Positions 20,395 through 32,484 of a stretch of 64,000 nt of DNA are shown here, one piece after another. Location: contig CAVZMH010000016.1 of NCBI GenBank assembly GCA_963776345.1, positions 32,001 to 96,000 on the forward strand, given 5' to 3'. Position numbers and translations under genes: made by a program. The stretch is from an uncultured delta proteobacterium. GTDB lineage: Bacteria; Myxococcota; Myxococcia; Myxococcales; Myxococcaceae. The notes beneath the pieces were generated by a model. It saw only the letters and a list, made by a program, of their open reading frames with translations. It made no database searches and was not told the DNA's origin. Numbering within the stretch: the stretch's first letter is position 1; each line of letters opens with the position of its first letter.

Positions 20395-21093
20395 TCAGGC
20401 GCGCTTGCGCACCGTGCGCTTCTCGATCCACTTCTCGTAGTGGCGGCCCTTCAGCACCCGGTGGACGAAGATGCTGGGGGTGTGGATCTGGTCCGGGTCG
20501 AGCTCGCCCACCTCGACCAGGTGCTCGCACTCGACGATGGTGGTCCTGGCTGCCATGGCCATCAGGGGGGAGAAGTTCCGGGCGGTCTCGTGGAACACGC
20601 AGTTTCCCCACCGGTCGGCCTTCCAGGCGCGAATGATGGCGAAGTCGGCGCGGAGGGGCTTCTCGAAGACGTACTCCTTGCCTTCGATGACCCGCGTCTC
20701 CTTGCCCTCGGCGATCTGGGTGCCCACCCCGGTGGGAGTGAAGAAGCCGCCGATGCCGCAGCCCGCAGCGCGGATCCGCTCGGCGAGCGTGCCCTGGGGG
20801 TTGAGCTCGACGTCGATCTCCCCGCCGAGCAGCTGCCGCTCGAACTCCTTGTTCTCCCCCACGTAGGAGGCGACCATCTTCCGGACCTGGCGGGCCTTGA
20901 GCAGCACCCCGAGCCCGTGGTCGTTGGTGCCGCAGTTGTTGGAGATGAGGGTGAGGTTCTTCACGCCCCTCTTCGCCAGCGCGGCGATGAGGTTCTCGGG
21001 GTTCCCGCACAGGCCGAAACCGCCGGACATCACCGTCGCGCCGTCGGGGATGTCCGCCACCGCGGCGTCGGCACTGGCCACCACCTTGTTCAT
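20395..21093 (-). CDS. scoA: 3-oxoacid CoA-transferase subunit A
   Basis: GGFGLCGNPE, SYVGEN, PQGTLAERIRA. Confidence 0.93.
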   Translation of the reverse strand: MNKVVASADAAVADIPDGATVMSGGFGLCGNPENLIAALAKRGVKNLTLISNNCGTNDHGLGVLLKARQVRKMVASYVGENKEFERQLLGGEIDVELNPQGTLAERIRAAGCGIGGFFTPTGVGTQIAEGKETRVIEGKEYVFEKPLRADFAIIRAWKADRWGNCVFHETARNFSPLMAMAARTTIVECEHLVEVGELDPDQIHTPSIFVHRVLKGRHYEKWIEKRTVRKRA

Positions 21094-21107
21094 GCTGGTC
21101 TCCTGGA

Positions 21108-22286
21108 TCAGCGCTCGACCATCAGCGCGATGCCCTCGCCGCCGCCGATGCAGAGCGAGGCGACGCCGCGCTTCTTCCCGGTGTCCTTCATCGCGTAGAG
21201 GAGCGTGATCAGCACCCGGGCGCCCGAGGCGCCGATGGGGTGGCCGAGGGAGGTCGCGCCGCCGCGGATGTTCACCCTGGACGGGTCCAGCTTGAGGAGC
21301 TGGTTGTTGGCGATGGCGACGACGGCGAAGGCCTCGTTGATCTCCCAGAGGTCGATGTCACCGGCGGTGGTCTTGGTGCGCTCGAACAGCTTCCTGATCG
21401 CGTCGGCCGGGGCGATGGTGAACTCGACCGGCTTCCGGGCGGCGGTGGTGTAGCCGGTGATGCGGCCGAGCACGGTCTTGCCCTCGGCCTTGGCCCGCTC
21501 GGCGGACATCAGGACCACCGCGGCGCCGCCGTCGTTGATCGACGAGGCGTTGGCGGCGGTGACGGTGCCGTCCTTCTTGAAGACCGGCTTGAGGGTGGCG
21601 ATCTTCTCGGGTCTGGCGTTCTTCGGGCCCTCGTCCTCGGCGACCATGACCGGCTCGCCCTTCTTCTGCGGCACGGGAACCGGGACGATCTCCGCCTTGA
21701 ACAGGCCTTCCTTCTGGGAGCGGATGGCGCGGTTGGTGGACTCGAGCGCAAACTCGTCCTGGGTGGCGCGGCTGATCTTGAACTGCTCGGCGCAGGCTTC
21801 CGCGCACATGCCCATGTGCTGGTTGCTGTAGACGTCGGTGAGGCCGTCCCAGACCAGGTGGTCCTTCATCTCGACGGTCCCCATCCGGGCGCCCTGCCGC
21901 ATGTTGAGCGAGAGGTAGGGGGCGTTGCTCATCGACTCAAAGCCGCCCGCCACGATGACCTCGGCCTCGCCGAGCGCGATGGCCTGGGCGCCGGAGATGA
22001 TGGCCTTCAGGCCCGAGCCGCACATCTTGTTGAGGGTGTTGGTGGGGACGGTGTCCGGGAGGCCCGCTCCCAGCGCCGCCTGGCGTCCAGGGGCCTGGCC
22101 CTGGCCGGCCTGGAGGACGTTGCCCATCCAGACCTCCTCGACCTTTCCCGGGTCGACGCCGGCGCGTTCGAGCGCCGCACGGATGGCGATGGCGCCGAGC
22201 TGCGGCGCGGTGAGCGAGGACAGGGTCCCCAGGAAGCTACCGATGGGGGTGCGGGCTGCACCCACGATGACGACGTCACGAGCCAT
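21108..22286 (-). CDS. Acetyl-CoA C-acetyltransferase (thiolase)
   Basis: NKMCGSG, NEAF, GHPIGASG, CIGGG. Confidence 0.95.
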   Translation of the reverse strand: MARDVVIVGAARTPIGSFLGTLSSLTAPQLGAIAIRAALERAGVDPGKVEEVWMGNVLQAGQGQAPGRQAALGAGLPDTVPTNTLNKMCGSGLKAIISGAQAIALGEAEVIVAGGFESMSNAPYLSLNMRQGARMGTVEMKDHLVWDGLTDVYSNQHMGMCAEACAEQFKISRATQDEFALESTNRAIRSQKEGLFKAEIVPVPVPQKKGEPVMVAEDEGPKNARPEKIATLKPVFKKDGTVTAANASSINDGGAAVVLMSAERAKAEGKTVLGRITGYTTAARKPVEFTIAPADAIRKLFERTKTTAGDIDLWEINEAFAVVAIANNQLLKLDPSRVNIRGGATSLGHPIGASGARVLITLLYAMKDTGKKRGVASLCIGGGEGIALMVER

Positions 22287-22400
22287 AGGCTGTCACTCCG
22301 GCTGCGGCCCAGCCCGGGGAACTCCGGTGGACCAGTGCACGGAATTGTCACGCGAGGGGGCCGCGGTCAACCAGATCTCGGGGCGCATTCCGTGCGCGTC

Positions 22401-23057
22401 TCAGGGGCGGGTCGCGAAGTGAATTCCGTCGAAGGTACGCACCCCTGTGCGACCCCCATCGGTGACGACCAGGACGAGCCGGGCGCCCTCCTCGTACAGC
22501 TGAGCATCCTCGGCGAGGATTGCGCCCGGTCTTCCGTCCCTGTCGTCCAGTCCTGACCAGAGCCTCGACCCGTCGGTCACCAGCACCATCCAGCCGCGCC
22601 GGGGCGGGGTGCCGAGCCCGAGGAGCACGATCTCCAATCGACCGTCCTGGGCGAAGGCGTGCCTCACGACGTCCATGCCGAGCTGGGGCGAGCTCCACGT
22701 GCCCACGACGCAGCGCCCCGAGTCCGCGACCCGGAGCAACCACAGCGTGCGGCCGCCCGGCGCGGCGGGAGCTACCCAGTCGAGGCGGACCCCGGCGACC
22801 GAGGAGCTCCAGACCAGGCGGGCCGCACCGACGCCGAGGTCCGTGGGCTGCTGGAGCGCCTTCCCGCGTCCCGGCTCGATGGGGTCTCCGACGGCGGTTC
22901 CGCCGACGGCGGTGAGGTCCGAGCAATCCACGGGTCGCCGGCTGGCGGAGGGGTCGCGCGAAGGCCACCACGCCTCGGGCCGCAGGGGCTGAGGCCCCGA
23001 GGTGCACCCGAGGAACACCACCGTCGAGAGCACCGCCGAGGCGTGGAGCAGCCGCAT
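22401..23057 (-). CDS. Hypothetical lipoprotein
   Basis: Lipobox-like FLGC; ORF fills the gap. Confidence 0.55.
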   Translation of the reverse strand: MRLLHASAVLSTVVFLGCTSGPQPLRPEAWWPSRDPSASRRPVDCSDLTAVGGTAVGDPIEPGRGKALQQPTDLGVGAARLVWSSSVAGVRLDWVAPAAPGGRTLWLLRVADSGRCVVGTWSSPQLGMDVVRHAFAQDGRLEIVLLGLGTPPRRGWMVLVTDGSRLWSGLDDRDGRPGAILAEDAQLYEEGARLVLVVTDGGRTGVRTFDGIHFATRP

Positions 23058-23149
23058 GGGAGACCCGGGAGGCTATCCCGCACCGCGGAGGCCGGGCGCC
23101 GATCGAGCAGACCCCACGACACCCGACGGTGGGAGCCGGGGCCATGCCC

Positions 23150-23277
23150 CCAGCGCTCGAGATGCTTTAGCATCCAAGCACGCTCTCCGAGTGAACCCTG
23201 CACGAGTCATCAATAGGTTGTAAAGCTCCGACTCACACTCCCAGTCATCGAGGGTGCTATAGCATCTCGAGCGCTGG
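23150..23277. repeat. 128-bp element with 26-bp terminal inverted repeats (MITE-like or structured RNA)
   Basis: CCAGCGCTCGAGATGCTTTAGCATCC (23150-23175) versus GGGTGCTATAGCATCTCGAGCGCTGG (23252-23277): 24/26 complementary. Confidence 0.8.
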
Positions 23278-23433
23278 AGCCTCGCCCCCCGGGGGCCGCG
23301 CCCGCCCCTGGCCTGCGGCCCAGAGCGTTCCGGGACCGCGCAGGCCGAGCGGGAAGCCCCTCCGCCCGGGACTCGGTCCCCTTCCGCGTTCCATCCAGGC
23401 AAGTTCCGTGGGCCCGGCCTTCCTGCCCGGGCC

Positions 23434-23469
23434 CGAACGAGCCGACGTGCTCGAACGAGCCGACCTGCC
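23434..23469. repeat. Two-copy 18-bp tandem repeat
   Basis: CGAACGAGCCGACGTGCT followed by CGAACGAGCCGACCTGCC. Confidence 0.6.
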
Positions 23470-23512
23470 CGAGCCCTCCGCCACCCGCTCGGGGACCCTC
23501 CCCGATCCCGCC

Positions 23513-23551
23513 AAAAGAAGAGGGCCGGGCTCTCGAACGAGAACCCGGCCC
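23513..23551 (-). terminator. Rho-independent terminator of rpsA
   Basis: Minus strand GGGCCGGGTTCTC-GTTC-GAGAGCCCGGCCC then TCTTCTTTT. Confidence 0.85.
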
Positions 23552-23576
23552 GCGTCCCTCGAGGCGGCTCAGCCTT

Positions 23577-25295
<1,719 letters not shown>

Positions 25296-25460
25296 AGAGT
25301 TGGAAAGTCCTATCGTCACTTCGACTGCAAACCCCAGGGTGGAGGATGCCCGGCCCCCGGAATCGGAGTCGGACGGCGGACCAGACCCTCATGTGGGGTG
25401 TGACACGGGGGCGCCGCTGCTCGGGGAGCCAGCCAACCTAAGCCGGCGCGAGGCGCGCGC

Positions 25461-25490
25461 AACCTACGGGCATGTCGGACGGGAGGTCAA
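25461..25490 (-). promoter_or_regulatory. Putative sigma70 promoter of rpsA
   Basis: TTGACC-N18-TAGGTT on the minus strand. Confidence 0.55.
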
Positions 25491-25535
25491 GTACGCCCGG
25501 CGGGCCCCTTGCCCTCGGAAAAGGACGCTCCGGGG

Positions 25536-26246
25536 ATGACCGCGCGGCTCGACGTGGTGGCCTATCTCCACGAGCCCCACGAGGGGCTCGCGCGGCTCCG
25601 GACGCCCCTGGAGCGGGCGGGATTCCGGCCCGTGGAGCGCTTCCGGGCGCCGGATCCGGAGGCGGACGTCGGCGCGCCGCTCCTGGTGGTGCTCGGCGGC
25701 CCGATGGGGGTCTACGAGGCGGACCGGTTCCCGTTTCTCGCGGTCGAGCAAGAGGTGCTCCGGGCCCGGCTGGCGCTGAACCGGCCCTCCATCGGCCTCT
25801 GTCTGGGGGCTCAGCTCCTGGCCGCGGCCGCCGGGGCCACCGTCCGGCGGGGCGGCCGGGGGAAGGTCATCGGGGTCGGGCCGGTCGAGTGCGTGCCCTC
25901 GGCGGAGGACCCGCTGCTGCGCGGGCTGCCCGCGACCTTCGACGTGGTGCACTGGCACGGCGACACCTTCGAGCCGGTGCCGGGCGTGGCGCTCTTCCGT
26001 GGGGAGACGTACCCCGCGCAAGGGTTCCGGCTCGGGCGCTCGGTGGGGCTCCAGTTCCATGTGGAGCTCGGCCCGGAGGGGTTCCGGGAGTGGATCGAGG
26101 GCTCGGCGGAGGCGCTCCGGAGGAGTGGACGGGATCCGGCCGCCCTGCTCGCCTCCGGGCTCCCCCGGCTCACGGCGGCGCTCCCCGTCCTGGACCGCCT
26201 GCTGGAGGCCCTGGCCCGGGACGCTCGCGCGGCCGTGGAGGGGTGA
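25536..26246 (+). CDS. Class I glutamine amidotransferase-like protein
   Basis: LGGPMGVY, GLCLGAQL, HWHGDTF, LQFHVE (Cys-His-Glu triad). Confidence 0.9.
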   Translation: MTARLDVVAYLHEPHEGLARLRTPLERAGFRPVERFRAPDPEADVGAPLLVVLGGPMGVYEADRFPFLAVEQEVLRARLALNRPSIGLCLGAQLLAAAAGATVRRGGRGKVIGVGPVECVPSAEDPLLRGLPATFDVVHWHGDTFEPVPGVALFRGETYPAQGFRLGRSVGLQFHVELGPEGFREWIEGSAEALRRSGRDPAALLASGLPRLTAALPVLDRLLEALARDARAAVEG

Positions 26247-26277
26247 AATGGGGGACCTCCGCGCGCGTAGGAGGAGC

Positions 26278-26955
26278 ATGCGACTCGTCCCTGTCGTCCT
26301 CGTGGCCTGCACGGTCGCCCTGCCCGCGCTCGCCGGCGAGCCGCGGAGCGTCTCGGGATTCACCCGCATCGACCTGGCCGGGCCGGTGGACGTCGAGGTC
26401 CGCCCCGGCAAGTTCGGCGCGATCCTGGAGATGGACTCCGAGGTGGCCCGTCACCTGCGCACCGACGTGCAGGGGGACACGCTCCGCATCTCGCTCGAGG
26501 GTTGGAACGGCAACTTCCACGGCAAGCAGCGCATCAAGGTGACGATGCCCGAGCTCCGCGGGCTGCAGATCGAGGGAAGCGGCGACGCCGACATCGCCGG
26601 GTTCAAGGACCAGGAGAAGGTCGAGCTGCGCATCACCGGCTCGGGCGACGTGAAGTTCGCCGGCACCGCCGGGGGCGTGGCGGTGACCATCGAGGGCTCG
26701 GGCGACGTGGTGCTCGCCGAGGGGCAGGCCGGCTCGCTCCAGGCGCGGATCCAGGGCTCGGGCAACCTCAAGTCGCACGACTTCAAGGCGAAGAACGTCT
26801 CGGTGGCCATCGAGGGCTCGGGCGACGCGGACATCCGGGTGGCCGGAGGCGCCCTGAGCCTGTCGGTCAACGGCTCGGGCGACATCCGCTGGACCGGCGA
26901 GGCCAGCGCGGTGAGCGCCGCCACGCACGGCAGCGGCAGCATCGCCAAGCGCTAG
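26278..26955 (+). CDS. DUF2807/GIN-domain exported protein
   Basis: Signal peptide; repeated I(E/T)GSGD units. Confidence 0.85.
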   Translation: MRLVPVVLVACTVALPALAGEPRSVSGFTRIDLAGPVDVEVRPGKFGAILEMDSEVARHLRTDVQGDTLRISLEGWNGNFHGKQRIKVTMPELRGLQIEGSGDADIAGFKDQEKVELRITGSGDVKFAGTAGGVAVTIEGSGDVVLAEGQAGSLQARIQGSGNLKSHDFKAKNVSVAIEGSGDADIRVAGGALSLSVNGSGDIRWTGEASAVSAATHGSGSIAKR

Positions 26956-27452
26956 GAGCGCTCGAGCGGCTTCTCCAGCTCGAAGAGCGGGACGCCGTGT
27001 AGGTCTCGCTCGGCGCCCTGGTGAATGGTGTACCCCGCGCGGGAGTAGAGGGCGATCGCCGAGCTCAGGAAGGGCGTGGTCCGGAGGAAGACCCGCCCGT
27101 GGCCCCGCTCCCGTCCGAACCGCTCCGCCGCGGCGAGGAGCGCCTTGGCCACCCCGTGACCACGGGCGGAGGGGTGGACGGCCATGCTCCGGACGTGCAG
27201 CCCCTCGGTCTTGCAGCACGCGGACACCGTCCCCACCGCCTCGTCCTCGAGGAAGGCCAGCCAGACGGCCCCCTCGTCCATCCGGCGCCGGAGCGCCTCC
27301 GCATCCGGCAGGGTGTCGGCGAGCGCCTCGGGGGTATAGAGCGCCGCCACCTCGGCGAAGGCCACCCGCAGCAGCATCGCCACCGAGGCGGCCTCGGTCG
27401 GTCTCGCCCTCCGGACGGACAGGCGAGGCTCGGCGAACGTGTGGAGCTCCAT
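26952..27452 (-). CDS. GNAT N-acetyltransferase
   Basis: MAVHPSARGHGVAKALL; AIALYSRAGY. Confidence 0.85.
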   Translation of the reverse strand: MELHTFAEPRLSVRRARPTEAASVAMLLRVAFAEVAALYTPEALADTLPDAEALRRRMDEGAVWLAFLEDEAVGTVSACCKTEGLHVRSMAVHPSARGHGVAKALLAAAERFGRERGHGRVFLRTTPFLSSAIALYSRAGYTIHQGAERDLHGVPLFELEKPLERS

Positions 27453-27574
27453 CACGGGCGGGATTCCAGCCGAACGAGAACCGCCGCACACGGCACAGCA
27501 GCGACGCTCCGGCGGAGGAACAGCCCCGGATTTCACCGTGCGGCCGGTGTGCGACCGGGACTAGGTTCCACGGC

Positions 27575-28457
27575 ATGGAATGGCAAGGCGGCCGGCGCAG
27601 CGAGAACGTCGAGGACGCCCCGCGCGCCGGCGGACTTGGCCGGCCCCTGGCGTTCGGGGGCGGCGCGGTCGGCATCATCGGGGCGATCCTCTTCTACCTG
27701 CTCACCGGTCAGGTGCCGGACGTGCAGCAGCTTCCGGCGCCGAGCCAGGTCTCGCCACAGGCGCAGCGCCCGCCCACCGCGGCCGAGCAGCAGCAGCGCG
27801 AGTTCGTCAGCGTGGTGCTGGCCAGCACCGAGGACACGTGGAGCGCGGTGCTGCCGCAGCAGGCCAGGCTGCAGTACGCCCCGCCCCGGCTGACGTTGTT
27901 CCAGGAGGCCGTCGAGTCCGCCTGCGGCTTCGCCCAGGCCGCGATGGGGCCGTTCTACTGTCCGCCCGACCAGCGCGTGTACCTGGACCTCGGCTTCTTC
28001 GACCAGCTGAGCCGGATGGGCGCGCCCGGCGAGTTCGCCCGCGCGTACGTCGTCGCCCACGAGGTGGGGCACCACGTGCAGAACCTGCTCGGCATCGAGG
28101 GGCGGGTCGTGGCGATGCGTCGCGCGGTCAGGAGCCGCGAGGACAGCAACGCGCTGAGCGTCCTCACCGAGCTCCAGGCGGACTGCTACGCCGGGGTATG
28201 GGCGCACCACGCCAACGCCCACTACCAGTCGAGCGGGAAGGAGCAGCTCATCCAGCCGAGCGACATCGAGTCCGGGCTCGCGGCGGCGGCCTCGGTGGGC
28301 GACGACCGGCTGCAGCGGCAGTCGCGCGGCTACGTCAGCCCGGAGAGCTTCACCCACGGCTCGTCGGCGCAGCGGGTGCGAGTGGTTCAAGACCGGGATG
28401 CAGACCGGCGAGCTGCGCGCGTGCGACACGTTCGGGAAGACCGGCGTCCGGCTCTAG
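27575..28457 (+). CDS. Neutral zinc metallopeptidase (YpfJ-like); frameshift near 28380
   Basis: GPFYCPPD, AHEVGHHVQ, ELQADCYAG, FTHGSSAQR. Expected end WFKTG...CDTF* is in the shifted frame. Confidence 0.9.
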
Positions 28458-28607
28458 CCCGAGTCGCGGCTGACCCGCCTCGTCTGGCTTCAGCGCGCTG
28501 GCGCCAGAATCACTTTTTATTGTTTGGTCTGCGGCCCCTCTCTGGATGCAGATGCCACTGCGCAGCGTTTGCAGCGCGTTGGCCTGTTCAGGACATCCGG
28601 AGGGGAC

Positions 28608-28985
28608 ATGAACCACACGACGTGCAGAAGGGCCCGGGGCGCGCGCCTCGGAGCGGGAGTGATCGCAGCGATTCTCCTCGCTGGACCGGCCGTCCTGGCC
28701 GATCCGCCGGCCCGGAAGTCGAGCCGGATCGTGGGCGGGGCCGAGGCGCGGCAGATCATGGCCCGCCACGGAGCCGGTGCGTTCCGGGCAGAGGCCGCCA
28801 CCAGCCGCTCCACCGCCGGGCTCGTGCGGCAACAGAGCGCGGGTAAGACCGTCAGCGTGGACCTCCAGGGGCGCTTCCAGCACGTCCACTACGCCGTGCC
28901 GGACGGGAGCGGTGGGTGGGTGACTGGCTGCACCGATGACGCCGCCGTTCTCCAGCAGGCCTCCACCTCGACGGGGGCGCAGTGA
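28608..28985 (+). CDS. Small exported protein coupled to the peptidase gene
   Basis: GGAGG RBS, signal peptide, VDLQGRFQH...C motif; GTGA overlap with next gene. Confidence 0.7.
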   Translation: MNHTTCRRARGARLGAGVIAAILLAGPAVLADPPARKSSRIVGGAEARQIMARHGAGAFRAEAATSRSTAGLVRQQSAGKTVSVDLQGRFQHVHYAVPDGSGGWVTGCTDDAAVLQQASTSTGAQ

Positions 28986-30652
28986 CCATGGCCCGCCATC
29001 TCCCCGCCGCGTTCCTCTCCGCCCTGCTGATCACCGGATCGGCCCTTGCCCAGGGGCAGATCATCATCATCAACGGAGACCCCTCCGGACAGGGCTTCAA
29101 CGACCCCACGCCGGCCGCTCCGGTCGGGGGAAACCCCGGGACCACGCTCGGCGCGCAGCGGCTGAACGTGTTCGAGGCCGCGGCCTCGATCTGGGAGCAG
29201 ACCCTCAAGCCGAAGGTGGACATCCGGGTGCTCGCCACCTTCGAGCCGCTGGGGCCGAACGTGCTCGGCTCCGCGGGAGCGACGTTCATCCACTCCGACT
29301 TCCCCGGCGCCGAGTTCCCTGGGATGTGGTACCCCGCGGCGCTCGCCAACCACCTCTCCGGCGAGGACCTCGCGGTGCTGGAGACCGGCGATCCGACCGT
29401 GCCCCACATCCGGGCTCGGTTCAGCAGCCAGTTCGCCTTCTACTTCGGCCTGGACAACAACGAGCCGCCGGGAACGGTGGACCTCCTTCCGGTGCTGCTC
29501 CACGAGCTCGGCCACGGGCTCGGCTTCGCCAACTTCGCCAACGAGTCCACCGGCACACTCTTCCTCGGGATCCCGGACGTCTATTCCCAGTACACGCTGG
29601 ACGTGAGCACCAGCAAGATCTGGAACGAGATGACCGACGCTGAGCGCGCAACCTCGGCGGTCAACTTCGGGAAGGTGAGCTGGAGCGGCATCAACGTCGC
29701 CAGGGACGTGCCCTCGGTCCTGAAGCCGGGCGTGCCCACCTTGACCATCTCCTCCCCCGCCGGTCTGGGGCCCTACGAGGTCGGCTCCGCCTCCTTCGGG
29801 CCGGCGGTCACCGCCGCCGGGGTGACCGGACAGATCGTCGTCGGGCTCGACCCCACCGACGCCGCGAGCGGCGCGAGCCCCACCGACGGCTGCGGTCCGC
29901 TCACCAACGCCGCGCAGGTGGCGGGGAACATCGCCCTCCTCGACCGCGGCACCTGCGCCTTCACGGTGAAGGTCAAGAACGCCCAGAACGCCGGGGCCAT
30001 CGCGGTGGTGATCGCCGACAACGTGCTGGCCGAGCCGCCGCCAGGGCTCGGCGGGGCCGACCCCACCATCACCATCCCCTCGGGACGCATCACCTTGCCC
30101 GCGGGGAACGCGATCAAGACCGCCGCCGGGCCAGTCACCGGGACCCTGCAGCTCGACACGTCGATCCTCGCCGGCGTCGACCGGGTGCTCGGCCTGATGA
30201 GGCTCGCGGCGCTGAACCCGGTCTCGCCCGGCTCGTCCATCTCCCACTACGACGCGGTGGCCTTCCCGAACCAGCTGATGGAGCCGGCGATCAACGTCGA
30301 CCTGACCAGCTCGGTGACTCCACCGGCCGACCTGACCACCTCGCTGTTCACCGACATCGGGTGGTTCTCCGACGGCGACGGGGTCCCGGACGGGACCGAC
30401 GCCTGCCTCGGGTCCATCCTCACCCCGACGGTGCAGATCGGCCGCTGCATCTCCAAGGCCGGCAACGACGTGCTGGCCAACGGGTGCAGCGTCTCCGACC
30501 TCGTGCACCAGTGCGGCGACCCGCACCGGACCCCGATCCGCTACCTCCTCTGCGTGGGGAAGGTGGGGCGGGCGATGGTGCAGGCCAAGGTGCTCACCCC
30601 CAAGGAGGACCTGAGCCTCCAGCTCTGCGCGCTCAAGAGCCTGTTCCAGTGA
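28982..30652 (+). CDS. Secreted zinc metallopeptidase with PA-domain insert
   Basis: HELGHGLG; PA domain GNIALLDRGTCAFTVKVKNAQNAGA; SSISHYD...LMEP; Cys-rich C-terminus. Confidence 0.85.
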   Translation: MTMARHLPAAFLSALLITGSALAQGQIIIINGDPSGQGFNDPTPAAPVGGNPGTTLGAQRLNVFEAAASIWEQTLKPKVDIRVLATFEPLGPNVLGSAGATFIHSDFPGAEFPGMWYPAALANHLSGEDLAVLETGDPTVPHIRARFSSQFAFYFGLDNNEPPGTVDLLPVLLHELGHGLGFANFANESTGTLFLGIPDVYSQYTLDVSTSKIWNEMTDAERATSAVNFGKVSWSGINVARDVPSVLKPGVPTLTISSPAGLGPYEVGSASFGPAVTAAGVTGQIVVGLDPTDAASGASPTDGCGPLTNAAQVAGNIALLDRGTCAFTVKVKNAQNAGAIAVVIADNVLAEPPPGLGGADPTITIPSGRITLPAGNAIKTAAGPVTGTLQLDTSILAGVDRVLGLMRLAALNPVSPGSSISHYDAVAFPNQLMEPAINVDLTSSVTPPADLTTSLFTDIGWFSDGDGVPDGTDACLGSILTPTVQIGRCISKAGNDVLANGCSVSDLVHQCGDPHRTPIRYLLCVGKVGRAMVQAKVLTPKEDLSLQLCALKSLFQ

Positions 30653-30695
30653 GGTAAGAGGCGGGGGCGGTCCCGGAGCGCACCCCGGGACCGCC

Positions 30696-31121
30696 TCAGC
30701 GCGGAGGCCGGACGCGGGCGGGGCTCCAGAGGCGGGCGCGGCGCTCGAGCCGCCCCTCGCGCGTCTCCTGGCCGTAGTCCATCGGTGTCGGTGACTGGGT
30801 GAACTCGGCGGCGGCGTCGAGGGCGCGGATGTTGACCACCGCCCTGCCCTGCCCGGCGACCTCGACGTACCCCCCCACGTAGACGCCGCACCGCGGGCAG
30901 ACCCAGAAGTCGGTCATGCCCAGCCCGAACCGGTACCACCCGCCCGGCGGAACCTCGGCCACCGTCAGCACCACCTCGCCCTCCGGATCCGACGTGGTGA
31001 GCCCGCCGTGCCGGCGGCAGAACGTGCACTGGCAGGCGCGCAGCGGCAGCTCGGCCGGGGCGTGCGCCGTGGTGAAGGAGACGCGCAGCCGGCCGCAGTG
31101 ACAGCCACCCTCGAGGGTCAT
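30696..31121 (-). CDS. GFA/CENP-V family protein
   Basis: GGCHCG, CQCTFCRRHG, CPRCG. Confidence 0.9.
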   Translation of the reverse strand: MTLEGGCHCGRLRVSFTTAHAPAELPLRACQCTFCRRHGGLTTSDPEGEVVLTVAEVPPGGWYRFGLGMTDFWVCPRCGVYVGGYVEVAGQGRAVVNIRALDAAAEFTQSPTPMDYGQETREGRLERRARLWSPARVRPPR

Positions 31122-31130
31122 CGACTCCTC

Positions 31131-32108
31131 CTACTGAGACGGCGCCGAGCGCCGGCGCGCCTGGGCCCGGTCCCGCTCACCCAGCGCCGCCTGCAGAAAC
31201 TTGCCGGACAGCTTGCGCCCGATGAGCTCCTGGGCCACCTCCCCCGCCTCCACCAGCTTCGGCAGGTCGATGCCGGTCTCCACACCCATCCGGTGGAGCA
31301 TGTTCACCACGTCCTCGGTGGCGAGGTTCCCGGCCGCGCCCGGCGCGTACGGGCAGCCGCCGAGCCCCCCGATGCTGGCGTCGAAGGTGGTGACTCCGGC
31401 GATGAGCCCGACCAGCGCGTTGGCCAGCGCGAGGCCACGCGTGTCGTGGAGGTGCAGCGCGAGCTTCTCCACCGGGACGTGCGCGGCGAGGGCCCCGAGG
31501 ATCTCCTCGGTCTGGTTCGGCACGCCGACGCCGACCGTGTCCCCGAGGCTCAGCTGGTAGATGCCCAGGTCCACGAGCCGCCGGCAGAGATCCACCACCC
31601 GGTCCAGCGGCACCGCGCCCTCGTACGGACAGCCCCACACCACGCTCAGGTAGGCCCGGACCCGCATGCCGGCGGCGAGCGCCCCGCGGGTGACGTCGCC
31701 CGCGACCGAGAGCGCCTCGGCGATGCTCTTGTTGATGTTCTTCCGGCTGTGGGTCTCGCTGGCGGAGATGAACACCGCCGCCTCGGTCAGCCCCGCGGCG
31801 CGCGCGCGCTCGAGGCCCTTGAGGTTGGGCACCAGCGCCGAGTAGGTCACCCCCGGGACGCGGGGGAGCTTCCGGAGCACCTCCTCGGCGTCCGAGAGCT
31901 GGGGGATCCAGCGGGGGCTGACGAACGAGGTGGCCTCGATGCGCCGCTCGCCCGCCGCGACCAGCGCGGCGATGAGCCGGAGCTTCCCCTCCAGGGGGAC
32001 GATGCGCAGCTCGTTCTGCAGCCCGTCGCGGGGACCGACCTCGTAGACGTCTACCCGCGCCGGGAGTCGGCCCGTCAGGCGCGCGGCTGGATGTGCTGGC
32101 GGATCCAC
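31131..32108 (-). CDS. Hydroxymethylglutaryl-CoA lyase family protein
   Basis: [37 protein letters not shown]. Start uncertain. Confidence 0.92.
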   Translation of the reverse strand: MDPPAHPAARLTGRLPARVDVYEVGPRDGLQNELRIVPLEGKLRLIAALVAAGERRIEATSFVSPRWIPQLSDAEEVLRKLPRVPGVTYSALVPNLKGLERARAAGLTEAAVFISASETHSRKNINKSIAEALSVAGDVTRGALAAGMRVRAYLSVVWGCPYEGAVPLDRVVDLCRRLVDLGIYQLSLGDTVGVGVPNQTEEILGALAAHVPVEKLALHLHDTRGLALANALVGLIAGVTTFDASIGGLGGCPYAPGAAGNLATEDVVNMLHRMGVETGIDLPKLVEAGEVAQELIGRKLSGKFLQAALGERDRAQARRRSAPSQ

Positions 32109-32479
32109 TGAACGATGTCCTGCGTCGAGCTTCCCGGGGTGAAGATCTCGGACACCCCGAGCTGCTTCAGCCGGGGAATGTCGTCGTCAGGGATGATGCC
32201 GCCGCCGAACACCTCGATGTCCCCTGCCTTCTGCTCCTTGAGGAGGTCGATCACCGCGGGGAAGAGCGTCATGTGGGCGCCGGACATGATGGACAGCCCG
32301 ATCGCGTCCACGTCCTCCTGCACGGCGGCGGTGACGATCATCTCCGGGGTCTGGTGCAGCCCGGTGTAGATGACCTCCATGCCGGCGTCCCGGAGCGCGC
32401 GGGCGATGATCTTCGCCCCACGATCGTGTCCATCCAGACCGGGCTTGGCCACGAGGATTCTGAGCTTTCGGTCAGGCAT
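32075..32479 (-). CDS. icmB: Acyl-CoA mutase small (B12-binding) subunit
   Basis: [11 protein letters not shown] (DxHxxG), GGGIIP. Confidence 0.8.
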   Translation of the reverse strand: MPDRKLRILVAKPGLDGHDRGAKIIARALRDAGMEVIYTGLHQTPEMIVTAAVQEDVDAIGLSIMSGAHMTLFPAVIDLLKEQKAGDIEVFGGGIIPDDDIPRLKQLGVSEIFTPGSSTQDIVQWIRQHIQPRA

Positions 32480-32484
32480 GGCGG

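Noticed and set aside
23150..23277. Retron msr-msd or integron attC interpretation of the inverted-repeat element
   Set aside because: No RT or integrase nearby, the interior is short for msr plus msd, and the ends lack RYYYAAC/GTTRRRY.
26570..26945. Repeated GAGGGCTCGGGCGAC-like DNA units
   Set aside because: Explained by EGSGD protein repeats of the DUF2807 domain.
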